A stretch of DNA of 64,000 bases from an uncultured delta proteobacterium (GCA_963817385.1 CAWFOM010000028.1:18393-82392); one strand, 5' to 3'. Shown: positions 31,998-43,979, numbered from the stretch's first letter. Notes: a model not told the origin generated them from the sequence alone. Translations and numbers: made by a program.

Positions 31998-34686
31998 CTA
32001 CCCGACCAGGGAGAGACTGACCCGCACGAGATCGTCGGAGACGCGCTGCGGGTCATGCCCAGCTTCTCGCACAGCGCGGTCATCCGGCCGTTCGTCGGTT
32101 CCAGAAATCCGTAGAATTCCTTGCAGGCCCCGCTCCGCGGCGATCCCGATGAGGACATCCAGGAGCTTGGAGGCCAGTCCCCGTCCCTGGAACTCGTCGT
32201 GAACGATGACGGCAAATTCCCCCGGCGCCGCCGCCGTTGGCGTCGATGGTCGAGGCTTCCGATGCCGATGAGGCGTTTTTTCTGATCCTGCCGGATCTCG
32301 GCCACGATCGCCATATCCCGGTCATAGTCGATGTGGCAGGAGCGCACATGCATGGCGTGGCTGATCTGCTTGAGGCTCTGGTAGAACCGGGAGCGGATGG
32401 TCGCCTCCGAGACGGTGGTGAGCATCTCGTGCTCCAGGGGCTCGTCCTCGGGGCGGATCGGCCGGAGGATCACCTCGGTCCCGTCGGACAGGCGCCAGGG
32501 CGTCACGTACCGCGTCGGATAGGGGGTGATGACCAGGTGGGGATAGGCGGAGGCCTTTCCGGTGAAGCACGTCCTGATCCAGGATGATCCGGGCGTCCAG
32601 CGCGATGGCCTTTCCCTGGCTGACGGCGATGGGGTTGATGTCCATCTCCCGGATCTCGGGAAAATCGATGATCATGTTGGAGAAACCCACCAGGATCTGT
32701 TCGATCTGGCGCAGATCGGCGGCGGGCTTTCCCCGATAGCCCTGGAGCATGCGGTAGACGTTCGTCTCCTCCATGAGCCGCCGGGCCAGGGTCTGGTTCA
32801 GGGGCGGCAGGCCGACGGAGAAATCCCGGAACAGCTCCACGCCGATCCCCCCCATGCCGAAGAGGATGACGGCGCCGAAGTGGCGGTCCTTCTTCGCCCC
32901 CAGGATCAGTTCGTAGTCGATGTGCTCGACCATCTTCTGGACGGTGACGCCCCGGACCGTCGCCTGCGGGGCGAACTGGCGGACCCCGTCGAGGATGCGC
33001 TGGTAGGCGGTCTTGAGCGCCTCGTCGGAATCGATCCCCGTGATGACGCCTCCCACGTCCTGGCGGAAGATGATGTCGGGAGAGGCGACCTTGAGGACCA
33101 CGGGATAGCCGATCTAGCCGGCGTGGGAGAGGGCGTCCTCCAGGGTGAAGGCCATCCGGGAAGGGATGACGGGGATTCCGTAGTTCCGGAGGAACTTCCA
33201 GGAGTCCTCCTCCGTGAGGATGAAGCAGGACTCCCGGCAGGAGCGCCGGATCAGGGCCTTGAGATGGTTCTTCGGCGGCGCCTCGTCCAGGGGGAGTTCC
33301 GCCGGCGTCTCGTGGAGGAGCTGGAGGTTCCGCTCGTACTGGGTCATGTAGATGTAGGTGCGGACGGCGGCCTCCGCCGTCTCGTAGGCGGGGATGCCCT
33401 TCTCGACCATCAGTTTCGCGCCCCTTCTGGACCTCCCGTCCCCCCATCCAGGCCGTCAGCAGGGGCTTGTCCGTCTTCTGCCGCCGCGTCGATGAGGGCC
33501 TGCCGCCAGTTCCTCGGAGCGGGCGAAGTCCTGGGGGGTGTAGATGACCAGAAGCCCGTCCACCCCGGGATCCTTCAGGCAGATGTCCGCCGCCTCCGCG
33601 TACCGGCGGAGTATCGGCGTCGCGGAGCAGATGGATGGGATTTCCCCGGTTCCAGTAGGGAGGGATGAGGGCGTCCAGCGCCCGGATGGTCTCGGTCGGA
33701 GAGGTTCGCCAGCTTGCCCCCGGAGCGCAGCAGGTGTTTGGTGGCCATGATCCCGATGCCGTCGGCGTTTGTCATGATGGCCAGACGCGGTCCCCTGGGG
33801 CGGTTGCGGGCGTACAGGACGCTGGCGGCGTTGAAGAGGTCCTGCGCCTCGCGGACCCGGACGACGCCCAGGCGGCGGAAGAGGGCGTCGTAGACCTTTT
33901 CCGGGCCGGCCATCATGCCCGTGTGGGTCAGGCCGGCGCGGTCGCCATCCTCCATGGACCGGGGGTTTGAGCAGGATGACGGGCTTGTTGCGGGCGAAGC
34001 CGCGGACGGCGCTGACGAAACGCTTCACGTTGCCGACGACCTCCTCCATGTAGAGGATGATGCTCTTCGTGTGGGGGTCGTCGCCGAGGAAGTCGATGAC
34101 GTCTCCGAAATCGACGTCGATGGCCGAACCCAGGGAGACGACCATGCTGAAACCGATGTGGGCGCTGATTCCCCAGTCGAACAGGGTCCGGCCGAAGCTC
34201 CCCATGTCGGAGATGAAGGCGATGTTTCCCGCTTCCGGGTTCTCCCGGAGGAAGGTGGCGTTGAGGCCGACGGAGGGCCGCATGATCCCCAGGCAGTTGG
34301 GGCCGACGATCCGCATGCCGTAGGCCTTGTTGATCCGGAGGATCTCCTCCTCCAGGCGTCTTCCCCTCCTCGCCCGTTTCCCGGAAACCGGCGGAGATGA
34401 TGATGATCCCTTCTACGCCGGCCCGGCCGCAGGCGTCGACGATCGCCGGGACGGTGGCGGCGGGGGTCGCGATGATGGCCAGATCGACCGGTCCGGGTAC
34501 CGTGTCGATTCCGGTCCAGCAGGGGTGTCCCAGGACTGTTTCCCGGTTCGGATTGACGGGATAGACCGTACGGTCGCCGGAGGCCAGCGCGTTTTCCAGG
34601 ATGGTCCGTCCGAAGGTCCCCTCCTGCTCGGTCGCGCCGATGACGGCGATCGTCTTCGGATTGAAGAGCTTCTGCAGATCACCCAT
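31998..34686 (-). CDS. Bifunctional acetate-CoA ligase-like / GNAT protein (Pat/YfiQ-type lysine acetyltransferase); many frameshifts
   Basis: FNPKTIAVIGA, GPNCLG, ATP-grasp (ELILG...FG.GG, EMDINP), YP..Y, RPIRPEDE, IDYDRDMA. Confidence 0.88.
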
Positions 34687-34933
34687 GCGGTTCCCCCTTT
34701 TGAATCCACATCGCAGGGTAAGCGGGCCAATTCCGGAAGGTCTCTTCCTTGCGGATCGGAGCATCTCCCGAGCGTTCTGTGGAGAGTTTCCATTCCTCAC
34801 TGCACCCGCGAATACGAAAGAGGCGCCGGCAGGCTCCGGCATTAACCCAAGGCGAGCCCATACTAGCGTCCAGTATACGGAAATGCAATTATTTTTTGGG
34901 TGGGGCGGTTCAAAGGCCGAGGCGCCCGCTCAG

Positions 34934-35615
34934 TCATGGCATACGCTTCTTCAGGGACTCGAGATCGAGAATGCGGATGGAGTTGCGCAATGTCGATACG
35001 ACGCCTTTATTCCGGAGAATCTTCAATTCCTTGTTGATGCTTTCTCGGGAAACGCCGAGGATGTTTCCGAACTCCTGTTGGGATATTTGAGGTTGTATTC
35101 ATTGGGATTGTTCTCGAAGGGTGCCTGCTGTTCGGCCAGTTCGACGAGTCTTCTGTGCCAGCCGGGCGGATAAATTCAGGAAGCACATTTCTGCCAAGTT
35201 GATCGTCCGTCTTGCGCAACCTCAGGGAGAGGGAGGTGAGTATGGCGTAGACGGTGTGTCCGTTGTTGCTTAAGAAGGAAAGAAAATCCTTGCGGTTGAG
35301 AACGTAGAGTAGCGAATCCTCCAGCGCTATTGCATCGGCTGAACGGGGCAGATCGTCCAGCAGGGCCATTTCCCCCAGAAATTCACCTTGACCGAGAATC
35401 GCCAGCGTCACGTTATCCATCCGTCTTGATAGCGAAATTTTTATCCGCCCCTGCGCGATGATGTACAGTGCCGTTCCTTCATCGCCCTGCTGGAAGAGGA
35501 GTTCCCCTTTCCCGAGCTGTTTCCGCCTCAGCAGACTCGTCAGGTTCTGCAGGTCCGCCTCCGAAAGCGATGCAAATAAGGGAATCTTTTTCAGGACATA
35601 CATCGGTGTAAGCAA
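34934..35615 (-). CDS. Crp/Fnr family transcriptional regulator (cNMP-binding); frameshifted
   Basis: LFQQGD, GEFLGEMALLD..PRSADA; HTH GVSRESINKEL in the second frame. Confidence 0.9.
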
Positions 35616-35629
35616 GGGAACCCTCCTTC

Positions 35630-35669
35630 CGTGATCGATATCACACAGGAAATGTGAATTAATTCACAT
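35630..35669. promoter_or_regulatory. Two tandem CRP-type boxes
   Basis: CGTGA-TCGATA-TCACA (35630-35645) and the perfect palindrome ATGTGAATTAATTCACAT (35652-35669). Confidence 0.75.
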
Positions 35670-35687
35670 AGATTAGTCCATTTCTTC

Positions 35688-35716
35688 TTGACGGAACCAT
35701 AACCCGTCTTTATCTT
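35688..35716 (+). promoter_or_regulatory. sigma70-like promoter divergent from the Crp gene
   Basis: TTGACG-17 nt-TATCTT. Confidence 0.6.
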
Positions 35717-35782
35717 GGAGGCAAGAGAATTTACCATGGTTGCCGATACCGCTTGTTTTCAACCATGATAGCACAGAGTTCG

Positions 35783-35836
35783 TGAAAAGGGCAAACCACT
35801 ACAACAGTATGGGGCGCAAAGCCGTTGACCTGAGTC
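35783..35836 (+). ncRNA. GEMM (c-di-GMP-I class) riboswitch-like motif; only the 5' half is recognisable
   Basis: AAAAGGGCAAACCA...TGGGGCGCAAAGCC..GACCTGAG matches the GGCAAAC-stem-GRCGCAAAGCC core. The closing 3' strand was not found. Confidence 0.45.
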
Positions 35837-36508
35837 CCGTTCCCCCTCTTTTTCAATCCGTCAGCGACCTGACCTCCCCGCGGCAAGAGGAAAGGTGGCG
35901 TCAGAAATGGCAATAGAGCACGCCCTCTCGGGTGGAATGGCTGGAACGCATCGACGCCTGTTTGAACTTTTCAACTACCCCGGAGGATCAGTATCCGGCA
36001 GTTGCGTAAAAAATTATTAAACTTTTGACCGGGTTTTGACGATATAGGTTGTAAATAGAGGGGACATTCACCGCAATCAGCCGTTTATCAGCGAATTTGC
36101 CGATATCGGAACGGATCGAATGGAAGTTTCATACGGGGCGATCTGAGCGTTTTATGCAACCAGATCAGACCGGTACAGGTGAATGCTGATTGAGTGGTCG
36201 CGTCAATGCATAACCGAATTCATGAACTGAGGTGTTCAGGGATAATTACGTGTTTATATCGCACTCCGGTGCTTGCGTGGCTGGATTGGCGCTCAGAGCC
36301 GGTTGCAGGGAGCTGAGATAATCTAAAGGGTCTGACAAAACCGTATTGACGGTACCGGCTCGCGCAGCATGGGATAAGCCGCTATTTCTACATGAACAGG
36401 CGAGTGTGACAACGATATAACAGAGGAGGAAGTATGGAGAAGATTTGCCTTGTCAAGCTGAGGAAGAAGATCATCAACCCCGTCCGCTCCCAGGGAGAGC
36501 AAGGGGTC

Positions 36509-37258
36509 ATGAGTCAAGAAAGGGTACAGGTGATACCTCAGCAATTTACTTCCTCTTTCACCAACAATGACATCATAAACAAGGCAGTTTCTCATCGACA
36601 GGGAAGAGATGAGGAGTTAACACGGCAATTCATCTCTTCCTTTGTCGAGCATGACATCATGAGCAAAGCGGTTTCCGGGAGCCCGGGAGGAGATGAGGGA
36701 TTAACACACCAATTTGTTTCTTCTTTTGCCAAGAATGACATCATAAACGGCGCAGCGTCCGAAAGTCAGGAAAGGGAACGGGGAGGAGCACGGCAATTCA
36801 TCGCTCCCTGCGCCGACAACGACATTATGCCTCACAACAAAATTACTCAGAATATCACTCCCGATGCCGATAAAAGAACGGTTCCCGGGGAGACCGTTTC
36901 CTTGACGCTCACCCAGGAACAAATCAAAACCATCAGATCGAGTTCGGGTTTGCAGTCGGTTTTCAATGGGGAGCTTGCCGGCGGACAGGCGGAGCTCAAT
37001 TACCGAGATCAACCGATTACCATCAAATTCGAATGTGAACCGCTGGCACCTGTCCGCCTGCTCATGACGGAAGAGGTGACGCAGATGCTGAGAATCAGCA
37101 GCGGGTTTCTCAAAACGATCGTAAGGGATGGGAAATTGAAGAGCTACAAGGTCGGCAAAGGGAGGCGCTATATGCTCGAAGATATTCTTGCGTATCTTGC
37201 GGAAAACCTGAATTCCCATGGTTCGCAGCAGGAGACGTTACGAGCTGAAACACTCTAA
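36509..37258 (+). CDS. Excisionase/MerR-like HTH (HTH_17/BldC-type) protein with four N-terminal 28-aa repeats
   Basis: C-terminal LLMTEEVTQMLRIS...IVRDGKLKSYKVGKGRRY..EDI; repeats QFxSSFxxxDI. Start is 36509 or 36434. Confidence 0.75.
   Translation: MSQERVQVIPQQFTSSFTNNDIINKAVSHRQGRDEELTRQFISSFVEHDIMSKAVSGSPGGDEGLTHQFVSSFAKNDIINGAASESQERERGGARQFIAPCADNDIMPHNKITQNITPDADKRTVPGETVSLTLTQEQIKTIRSSSGLQSVFNGELAGGQAELNYRDQPITIKFECEPLAPVRLLMTEEVTQMLRISSGFLKTIVRDGKLKSYKVGKGRRYMLEDILAYLAENLNSHGSQQETLRAETL
36541..36830 (+). repeat. Four degenerate 84-nt coding repeats
   Basis: The (g/c)caatt...gacat unit starts at 36541, 36625, 36709 and 36793. Confidence 0.85.
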
Positions 37259-37298
37259 GTTAAATGATAACATATACTTACGAAAGGGGCAGAAAGCT

Positions 37299-39356
37299 AT
37301 GATAGAGACTACGGCAGAAACTTTGACGGAAACGAAATATTATGAATATTGGGGTCTCAACAGGGCGCCATTCGATAATGTCCCCGATCCTTCCATGTAT
37401 GTCGATTGTCACGCTTCAATGGAGAGTGCTGTAGCTGAAACGCTCTTCGCCATCGAGGAGGGTGATGAGTGCATATCGGTAATCGTTGGCGACGTGGGTT
37501 TAGGAAAAACGCTGACGATTCGGTTGGTCATCGATTTGCTGGAACAGGAGAAATACAAGATTGCCCTTATCACTAATCCCGGCATTACGTTCATCCAGGT
37601 CCTCCAGGAGATTATCGGCCAGCTTCAGGGAAAACAGTGTGAAGAAAAAAGAAAAGTTAACCTGCTGGAAGCATTCAACAAGCTTCTTTTTTCCACCCTT
37701 GAGGAAGGCAAGAAGATACTGATCTTTATCGATGAATGCAATGCCATCAGCCCGGAAAATCTGGAGAATCTTCGCCTCCTGACCAACATGCAGGGTGACG
37801 GGAGAAACCTCTTTACCATGGTGCTTGCGGGACAGATTGAATTTGCGAAGAGACTTGAACATCCCAGCCGGGCCAACCTCTTTCAACGGGTTGGGACTTA
37901 CTGCAAGATAACCAGATTCGAGTCGGTAAGTGTTGTCAAGAAATATGTCGAAACCAGACTGAAGCTGACCGGTGCAACGAGGCAAATCTTTGCTGACGAT
38001 GCCTTTACCAAGATATGGGAGAATTCCGACGGAGGTGTCCCCCGGCTGATCAATAAGTTGTGCAAACTCTGCCTCAAGGCAGGGGAGACGAATGGCCTTT
38101 CCTCAATAAAGGGAGAAGTTGTGGACCAGATCGGCTCACGCTTCAACAAAATGACGAGACCCAATGTTCAGCGGAGACTCCCGGCTCAAATTCCGGCGAA
38201 AGCTGCGTCGAGCGCCGCCAAGGAGCCAAAGACCCATAAGGCTGCGGAGAATATTGACAAAGTGAGTGAAGGGTATGACAAAAGAACAGCTGAAGAAGTC
38301 TCTGCTCTTTCCCAGGAGGCCCCGTCGGAAGGGACGGGTGACGGAACGGATCGGCGAGTCTGTCAGCGAGGCGGCAGGATCCGCATCTTTCGTAGCAACA
38401 GGATAGCGTACAGATGGAAGAGGAAAGTTTCGCAGCAGGTCCAACCTGATGACGAGACGGATGAAGGAATAACCCTGAGCTTGGCGGAAGGTGCTCCGGC
38501 AGATCACGAAGACGCAAAGATGAGTGAGCCCTGCACGGAGGCACGGGAAGAACTATCTTCCTTCCCGGAAGAGACACCTGTCGGCTGAAGTCGGCGGGGA
38601 AGGATTGAAGAGTCTGACCATACGGTAGAAGACGTATCGTCTTTCACGAAACAGGAAAGCGAGACGGCCAGAGAGGCAGGCGCAGAGCAGGTCCAGCCCG
38701 CTGAAGGGGCAGGGGAAGAAACGGCTCTGGGCTGCGCAGGGAGCTCTCCCGGCGGATCGGGAAGATGCAACGTCAGGCGAGCCCGTCAAAGAGGCGCAGG
38801 AAACGATCGCTTCTCTCCAGGAAGATCACTCATCAAAGGGACGAGGGAAGACAAGAGGTTGCGGAGTTCGGCAATAAGACGGCAAGCGTATTGCCTTTCA
38901 GACAACCGGAGAGCGTGCCCGTAAGGGAGCAGAGTGCAGAGCCGGCAGAGCCCGATCAGGAGATGGGAGAAGAACAATCTCTGGGGGAGCAGGACGGCCT
39001 CTCGGCAGGGAAGGAAGATGCAAAGGTAAACGAAACCGTCAACGGGGCGCAAGAAGTAACGTCTCCCCTTCCCCAAACGGGATACCCGAGGAACCGGTGA
39101 ATGCCAGAGGCGGACTCCCCGGATGAGCTTGAAATTCACGGCTGCAGAATCAAGATCGATTTCCCCGAAGAGCTGCTGAACGCGATCAAAGTCATCCACC
39201 GTGGAATACCGCTATAAGATGGCCGGGGTGCTTGCCGCTGAAGCGCTGAAGAATAATTCACAATTGATCACATCCTATACGGTGGATCCCGTGCCTATCT
39301 GGCAGGAGATAAGGGATTATGTCATGACCCGGTTTAACCAGGCAGAGCTAAGGTGA
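37299..39356 (+). CDS. ExeA/MshM-family AAA ATPase with long acidic linker and C-terminal domain; frameshifted
   Basis: YWGL..APF..PDP, GDVGLGKT, IDE, LAGQ.E, GGVPRLINKLC. Glu-rich fragments continue to ...DPVPIWQEIRDYVM. Confidence 0.8.
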
Positions 39357-39380
39357 ACGTAATTTTGCGGGGGTTGGTGT

Positions 39381-40289
39381 ATGGAAAATGAAAAGAGACA
39401 ATCGGCCCGCCGGCTGTTTTATAAAGGCAGCCAGCACGATGACAAACTCGAGGAGGAGCGTCAAAAGGCGATCGAGTCTTATCTCGCGCGTACCGCCAAT
39501 GACGAATTCCACGCCGATCCGTATGTTAACCTGGGGTTTCTTTACCTGGAGCAGGAAAGTTACGAGGAGGCGCTCAAATGCTTTAGCAGGGTAAGAGAGC
39601 TGGAGCCCGGCAATACCGAAAATTATAACAACATGGGATATACCTATGAACGAATGGCCTGCCTGGCCAGTGCACGCTATATGTATCAGAAAGCCCTCGA
39701 ATTGGAACCGGAAAACGTGGAAGCAATAATCAATATTGCCAATATCAGGGATCTTGAGGGTGATTACTATGGAGCTCTCCAGAAATATCAAATGGCCATA
39801 GGCTGCGAGCCGAACAATGTAGATGCCCACTTCTGCCTTGCCGTATTTTACGATCGATACGATATGTTCGACGAAGCGGTGAGTCACTATCTGAAAGTCC
39901 TGGCGTGCGATCCCTCTCACCGGGATGCCATCTTCAATCTGGGCAATCTCTATATCCAGATGGGGGATTACCGTGGGGCGATAAAGCTGCTGCAGCGACT
40001 GCTTAAATTGGAGCCGGCCAATACAAAAGCCTGGAACAATATCGGGTCGCTCTATGAGGCACTCGGTAATATCGAAATGGCGCGGGACGCCTGGCAGGGG
40101 GGCATAAAGTGTGATCCCGTTCACGAAGAGATGAATGTCAATCTGGCTCGGATCGATCATGCCCTGTGGAAATCGAATCCGAACAGCATGAGCAAGGATC
40201 ATATAACGAACAGGCTCCAGTTTGTCCTGGCACTCTATCCGGAGAATGAAAAGGCAATAGAGCTTCTGAAACTTGTTGAAAAAGAGTAA
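39381..40289 (+). CDS. Tetratricopeptide repeat protein
   Basis: Several NLG..Y....Y..A...F...L..P repeats. Confidence 0.9.
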   Translation: MENEKRQSARRLFYKGSQHDDKLEEERQKAIESYLARTANDEFHADPYVNLGFLYLEQESYEEALKCFSRVRELEPGNTENYNNMGYTYERMACLASARYMYQKALELEPENVEAIINIANIRDLEGDYYGALQKYQMAIGCEPNNVDAHFCLAVFYDRYDMFDEAVSHYLKVLACDPSHRDAIFNLGNLYIQMGDYRGAIKLLQRLLKLEPANTKAWNNIGSLYEALGNIEMARDAWQGGIKCDPVHEEMNVNLARIDHALWKSNPNSMSKDHITNRLQFVLALYPENEKAIELLKLVEKE

Positions 40290-40452
40290 GGCCGTCAGTC
40301 TGATTCCAGCAGACTTTGCGGATGGCAACCCCTCCGTTTCCTTTGTCGGTAATTCCTGGCTGTCCCGGGGTTTCCAGCTCGATGGCCCGTGATTTCCCTG
40401 TTGCACCTTCCCGGAAGGGTTGTGCCCGTCGTCCTTATCCCCTTAGGGATTC

Positions 40453-41370
40453 ATGATGAGAACGAGAATCATAGAAACAACGGTCTCCCCTCTTCAAGGG
40501 ACCGTGAATCTTGACGGCTATTGCGCCCGACGATTCACGTACTTCACCCGGGAACAATGGAAAGAAGAGATTCTGAGGGGGAAAGTGTCCCTCAATGGTA
40601 AGGTTGTCCGTAATCCCGCGGCGGATCTGAAAGGCGGCGATATTCTCGCGTACGACGAAAGCGGGATCGTGGAACCATCGGTCGATGAGGGCATTGAACT
40701 GCTCTATGAGGATGAATGGTTTGTTGCGGTCGATAAGACCGGAAATTTGCCGGTACACCCCGCGGGGAGGTATTTCAACAACACGCTCGTTTCTTTGCTT
40801 GAAGACCGTTACGGGCGCAGACTCTATCCGGTGCATCGTCTCGATCGCGAAACTTCGGGGGTCATTCTCCTCGCCTTTGATGCTCGGAGCGTGGAGAGTC
40901 TGTCAGATTCGATTTCGCACGGATCTAAGGAGTATCTTGCCCTTGTGCACGGGAATTTCCCCGACCATGAGATGATCGTGGACCTGCCCCTGGGACCGGA
41001 TGCCGCCTCTGCGGTGAGAAAGAAGCGCAAGGCCTGGATAGGCGGTACGGAAAGGGCAAAGACAAGATTCGGGAAAGTGCTCGCCGCCGGCGATATTTCG
41101 CTGGTGCGGTGTCTTCCCGAAACCGGGAGGTTGCATCAGATTCGCGCCCATCTTCTTTCCGCGGGTTTCCCCATCGTCGGCGATAAGCTGTACGGAAAAG
41201 ACGAGACCGCGTTTCTCACCTTTATCGAGCATGGGCTCACCCCCGAAATCGAGAAGCTCCTGATTCTGCCGCGGGCAGCTTTGCACAATGCCAAAATGAT
41301 CTTTCGGCACCCTCGAACAAACCAGCGAGATGACCATCCGCGCACCCCTTCCCGCCATGTTTTCAGAATG
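40453..41370 (+). CDS. RluA-family pseudouridine synthase (3' end hits the junction)
   Basis: VDKTGNLPVHP, HRLDRETSG, TGRLHQIRAHL, PIVGDKLYG. Confidence 0.9.
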
Positions 41371-41713
41371 TACCAGGGTGAATGCTCCAGCCACCGCGGA
41401 CACGGTGCGAAGCTGGTATAGTCCCCAGCCGGCGACGTGTGAACTCAGAGCACCGGCCCAGACAAGAAGCTTGTGGTAGACGACGATTTTCTCGTCAAGA
41501 GGAGGGAGATCGCGGAACAGGTCGGAAATGATAACGCCCCGCGAAATTAGAGAGTAAACCTGCTGTCCAATCCAGGCCTCGTCGATCAAGATTGTGCGAT
41601 TCACCAATGTGAAAGAGAATAGGACGAGAAAGATCCCGAAAGCAATACCGACGGCAAGAGTCCGTCTCCGGGTGGCCAGCTGAGAACGAAGTTTTCGTTG
41701 CCCGATTGCGCAT
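41370..41713 (-). CDS. N-terminal fragment of an ArnT/GT39-like membrane glycosyltransferase
   Basis: IDEAWI (DE motif)...GWGLYQLRTVSAVAGAFTLV, then abrupt truncation. Confidence 0.55.
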
Positions 41714-41734
41714 GAAACGGTCGGCGCTTCTCAC

Positions 41735-43694
41735 TTAATAGACCTCGAAGACAGTTGAGCTGTCGTCATCATAGATATTTCTATACGCTCTGCGTAGACC
41801 TCTGGGTCGACTCACTTGCGCGGCAGAAATTCCTTGTGAATCACGACATACTTGACCTTGGCTTCAAGCAGTTGTTCTCTTTGCCTATTCAGGTCAGCGA
41901 AATCAAGTCGATCGATTAGGGATTTCCCGATCTTGCGCGACGCCCAGCCCTGCACAATCGGGAGTTTGTGAAACGATTGATACATCATATAGCGGTCGAC
42001 TTCAGCATACCCGGACGGCAGATCGAGAACACCATAACGTTCGCCGCCGTGTTCCATCATCTCGTAGCACGCTGGTGCTGACACTGTGGTGGTCGTGTCG
42101 TGGATGAAAGAATAGTCAAGCAGCAGGAGCGCGACAATAGATACTGCCAGCATGATAGTCTTTCGCTTTGTTTTCGATGCCCGCAGAATCCAGTCCAGCG
42201 AGAGAACGGTCACTATGCTCCAGAAAAGATAGGCATACACGATGAATCGAGATGGTGCGCGAGCGTTGCCGAGAAAGGGCAGACACCATTACAATGCGAT
42301 CGGGAAGAGGGATCGGCAACGCTTTGCCAAATAAGTGAGGCTGTGCACCCAGTGTCATCAGCGCGAAAGCCAACGCACCCACAATGTACTTCGCCGCTCG
42401 CGTCAGAATTTGGCGGCAGGCTATGACGAAGATAACAATAGCTATAATACCTAAGTAGACAGTGGCTTCCCAGAGATTACCAGTGTACGTCGTATTGACG
42501 AACTTGACAAGATCAAACCCACCCGCCAGGTGAGCGACGGGAGGCACAACCAAACCTGCCAGATCTCCAACGAACGAGTTGTGTCCGAGGGTTGCCGTAC
42601 CGGGGTCGCTTATTCCCAGAACAACCATCGGAATTAGCCAGGGCGAAAGAATCACGATAGTGGTTCCAAGAATGACACCGCCTTTGAGTACTATGTCAGG
42701 AAGCCAGAATCTTCCGCGTCTGATTGCCAGATACATATAGCTAAAGACCATGAACCAGAACGCCATGATCATATAGTTCCAGTCGCAGAGAGTATTGAGC
42801 AGAAAAAACAGAGCGGCTAGCGCCAGATTCGCTTTTCCCTCTTGTCGCACGGCCTTGATGAAGAATAGCACGAAAAAAGGGACGAATTGAATCGAGGCGA
42901 TATTCAAGTGATGCTGTGCATGCGCAAAATGAGATGGATTAAAGGCAAAGAGAAACCCTCCGAGCAATGCTAAATAGGGATTGCCGATAAGATACCGAAA
43001 TAATAGAAACGCGCCGATTCCTGCCAAGGGAAAGGTTAGCAAGATCAACAGGTTGTAGCACGCCACCTGATTGCAGAACTGGCGGAGAAAGCCCGAGGCA
43101 ACTTGATTGTAGAATGACCACGAGTGATAGTAGAACGAACTCCCTTCCGGGTAGAACAAATCAGAGACAAAGGTAAAGCTTTCCGTGCCATGCAGCACCC
43201 GATCGTATCCCCACGACAGCCCCCAATAGGTCTGCATGTTGTCCTCGGCTCCTCCAATAAGGGACGTGTCGATTGTCGCGAGACAGGGGTAGAAATAGGC
43301 GATCGTGATCAGACAGTATACAAGGCCGGCAACCCACCAACCCAGGGCAGTCTTCGGATAGACGTTCGGGACGGAAGACGTTTCCTCATGGCCAATTTTG
43401 CGCATAAGCAGCTGAAACAGCTTGTAGAGAAGGAAGAAGGTAATGATTGTCGCCGGAATGCCTATTACGACATAGATCAGCAAGCGGCTGTTTGTTTCCC
43501 GCAGGAGAGTCGGGAAGGCTTTTCTCGGCGTGATGGAGTTGGAAACCGAGGAAGCTTGCACGCTGTCCCGAGTAGAGTTCGGTAATGATCTGTTCACCGA
43601 ACAGCAGGTAGAGAATCGTTACCACGGCGACCACAATCAAGGACACCAGCAGTACTCTAACGAAGATTCTGGTTTCTCGGCGGCTGTCCCACAT
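41735..43694 (-). CDS. GT-C/YfhO-like polytopic membrane protein; frameshifted
   Basis: D..Q..W, LFYPEG, GFLFAFNP.H, E..YLG, R.PSRF, M.YQ..H..PIV.G. Confidence 0.7.
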
Positions 43695-43979
43695 GGTATG
43701 TCTATCCGCAGTTATCTTGGTTGCTGTGGCTCGGTGATGCCCGGAAATGTCGTCCTGCGCCACAGCCCCCAGTGAACTGTCTCGCCGAATCGATCCCAAG
43801 CGTAAGCTGGCAACTAATTTAGCGATTTGACGCTGGAAGGCAAGTATCGTTGCACGTTTGTCGGGATCGGCTCCCTCCCGTTTCCCTACAACTCCTGTAC
43901 TTTAGATGAGCAGATGACAACTTTTTCGCTTGACGCGGGCCCGTAATAGTATAAGTTGAATAATTCTTGGAGTGATAGT

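Noticed and set aside
36541..36830. CRISPR array or ncRNA array
   Set aside because: Repeats are degenerate, keep a codon-multiple period inside an ORF with largely synonymous changes, and there are no cas genes.
31826..37258. Integrative element at tRNA-Ser using the HTH protein as excisionase
   Set aside because: No integrase, no duplicated tRNA 3' end seen, and ordinary genes lie between them.
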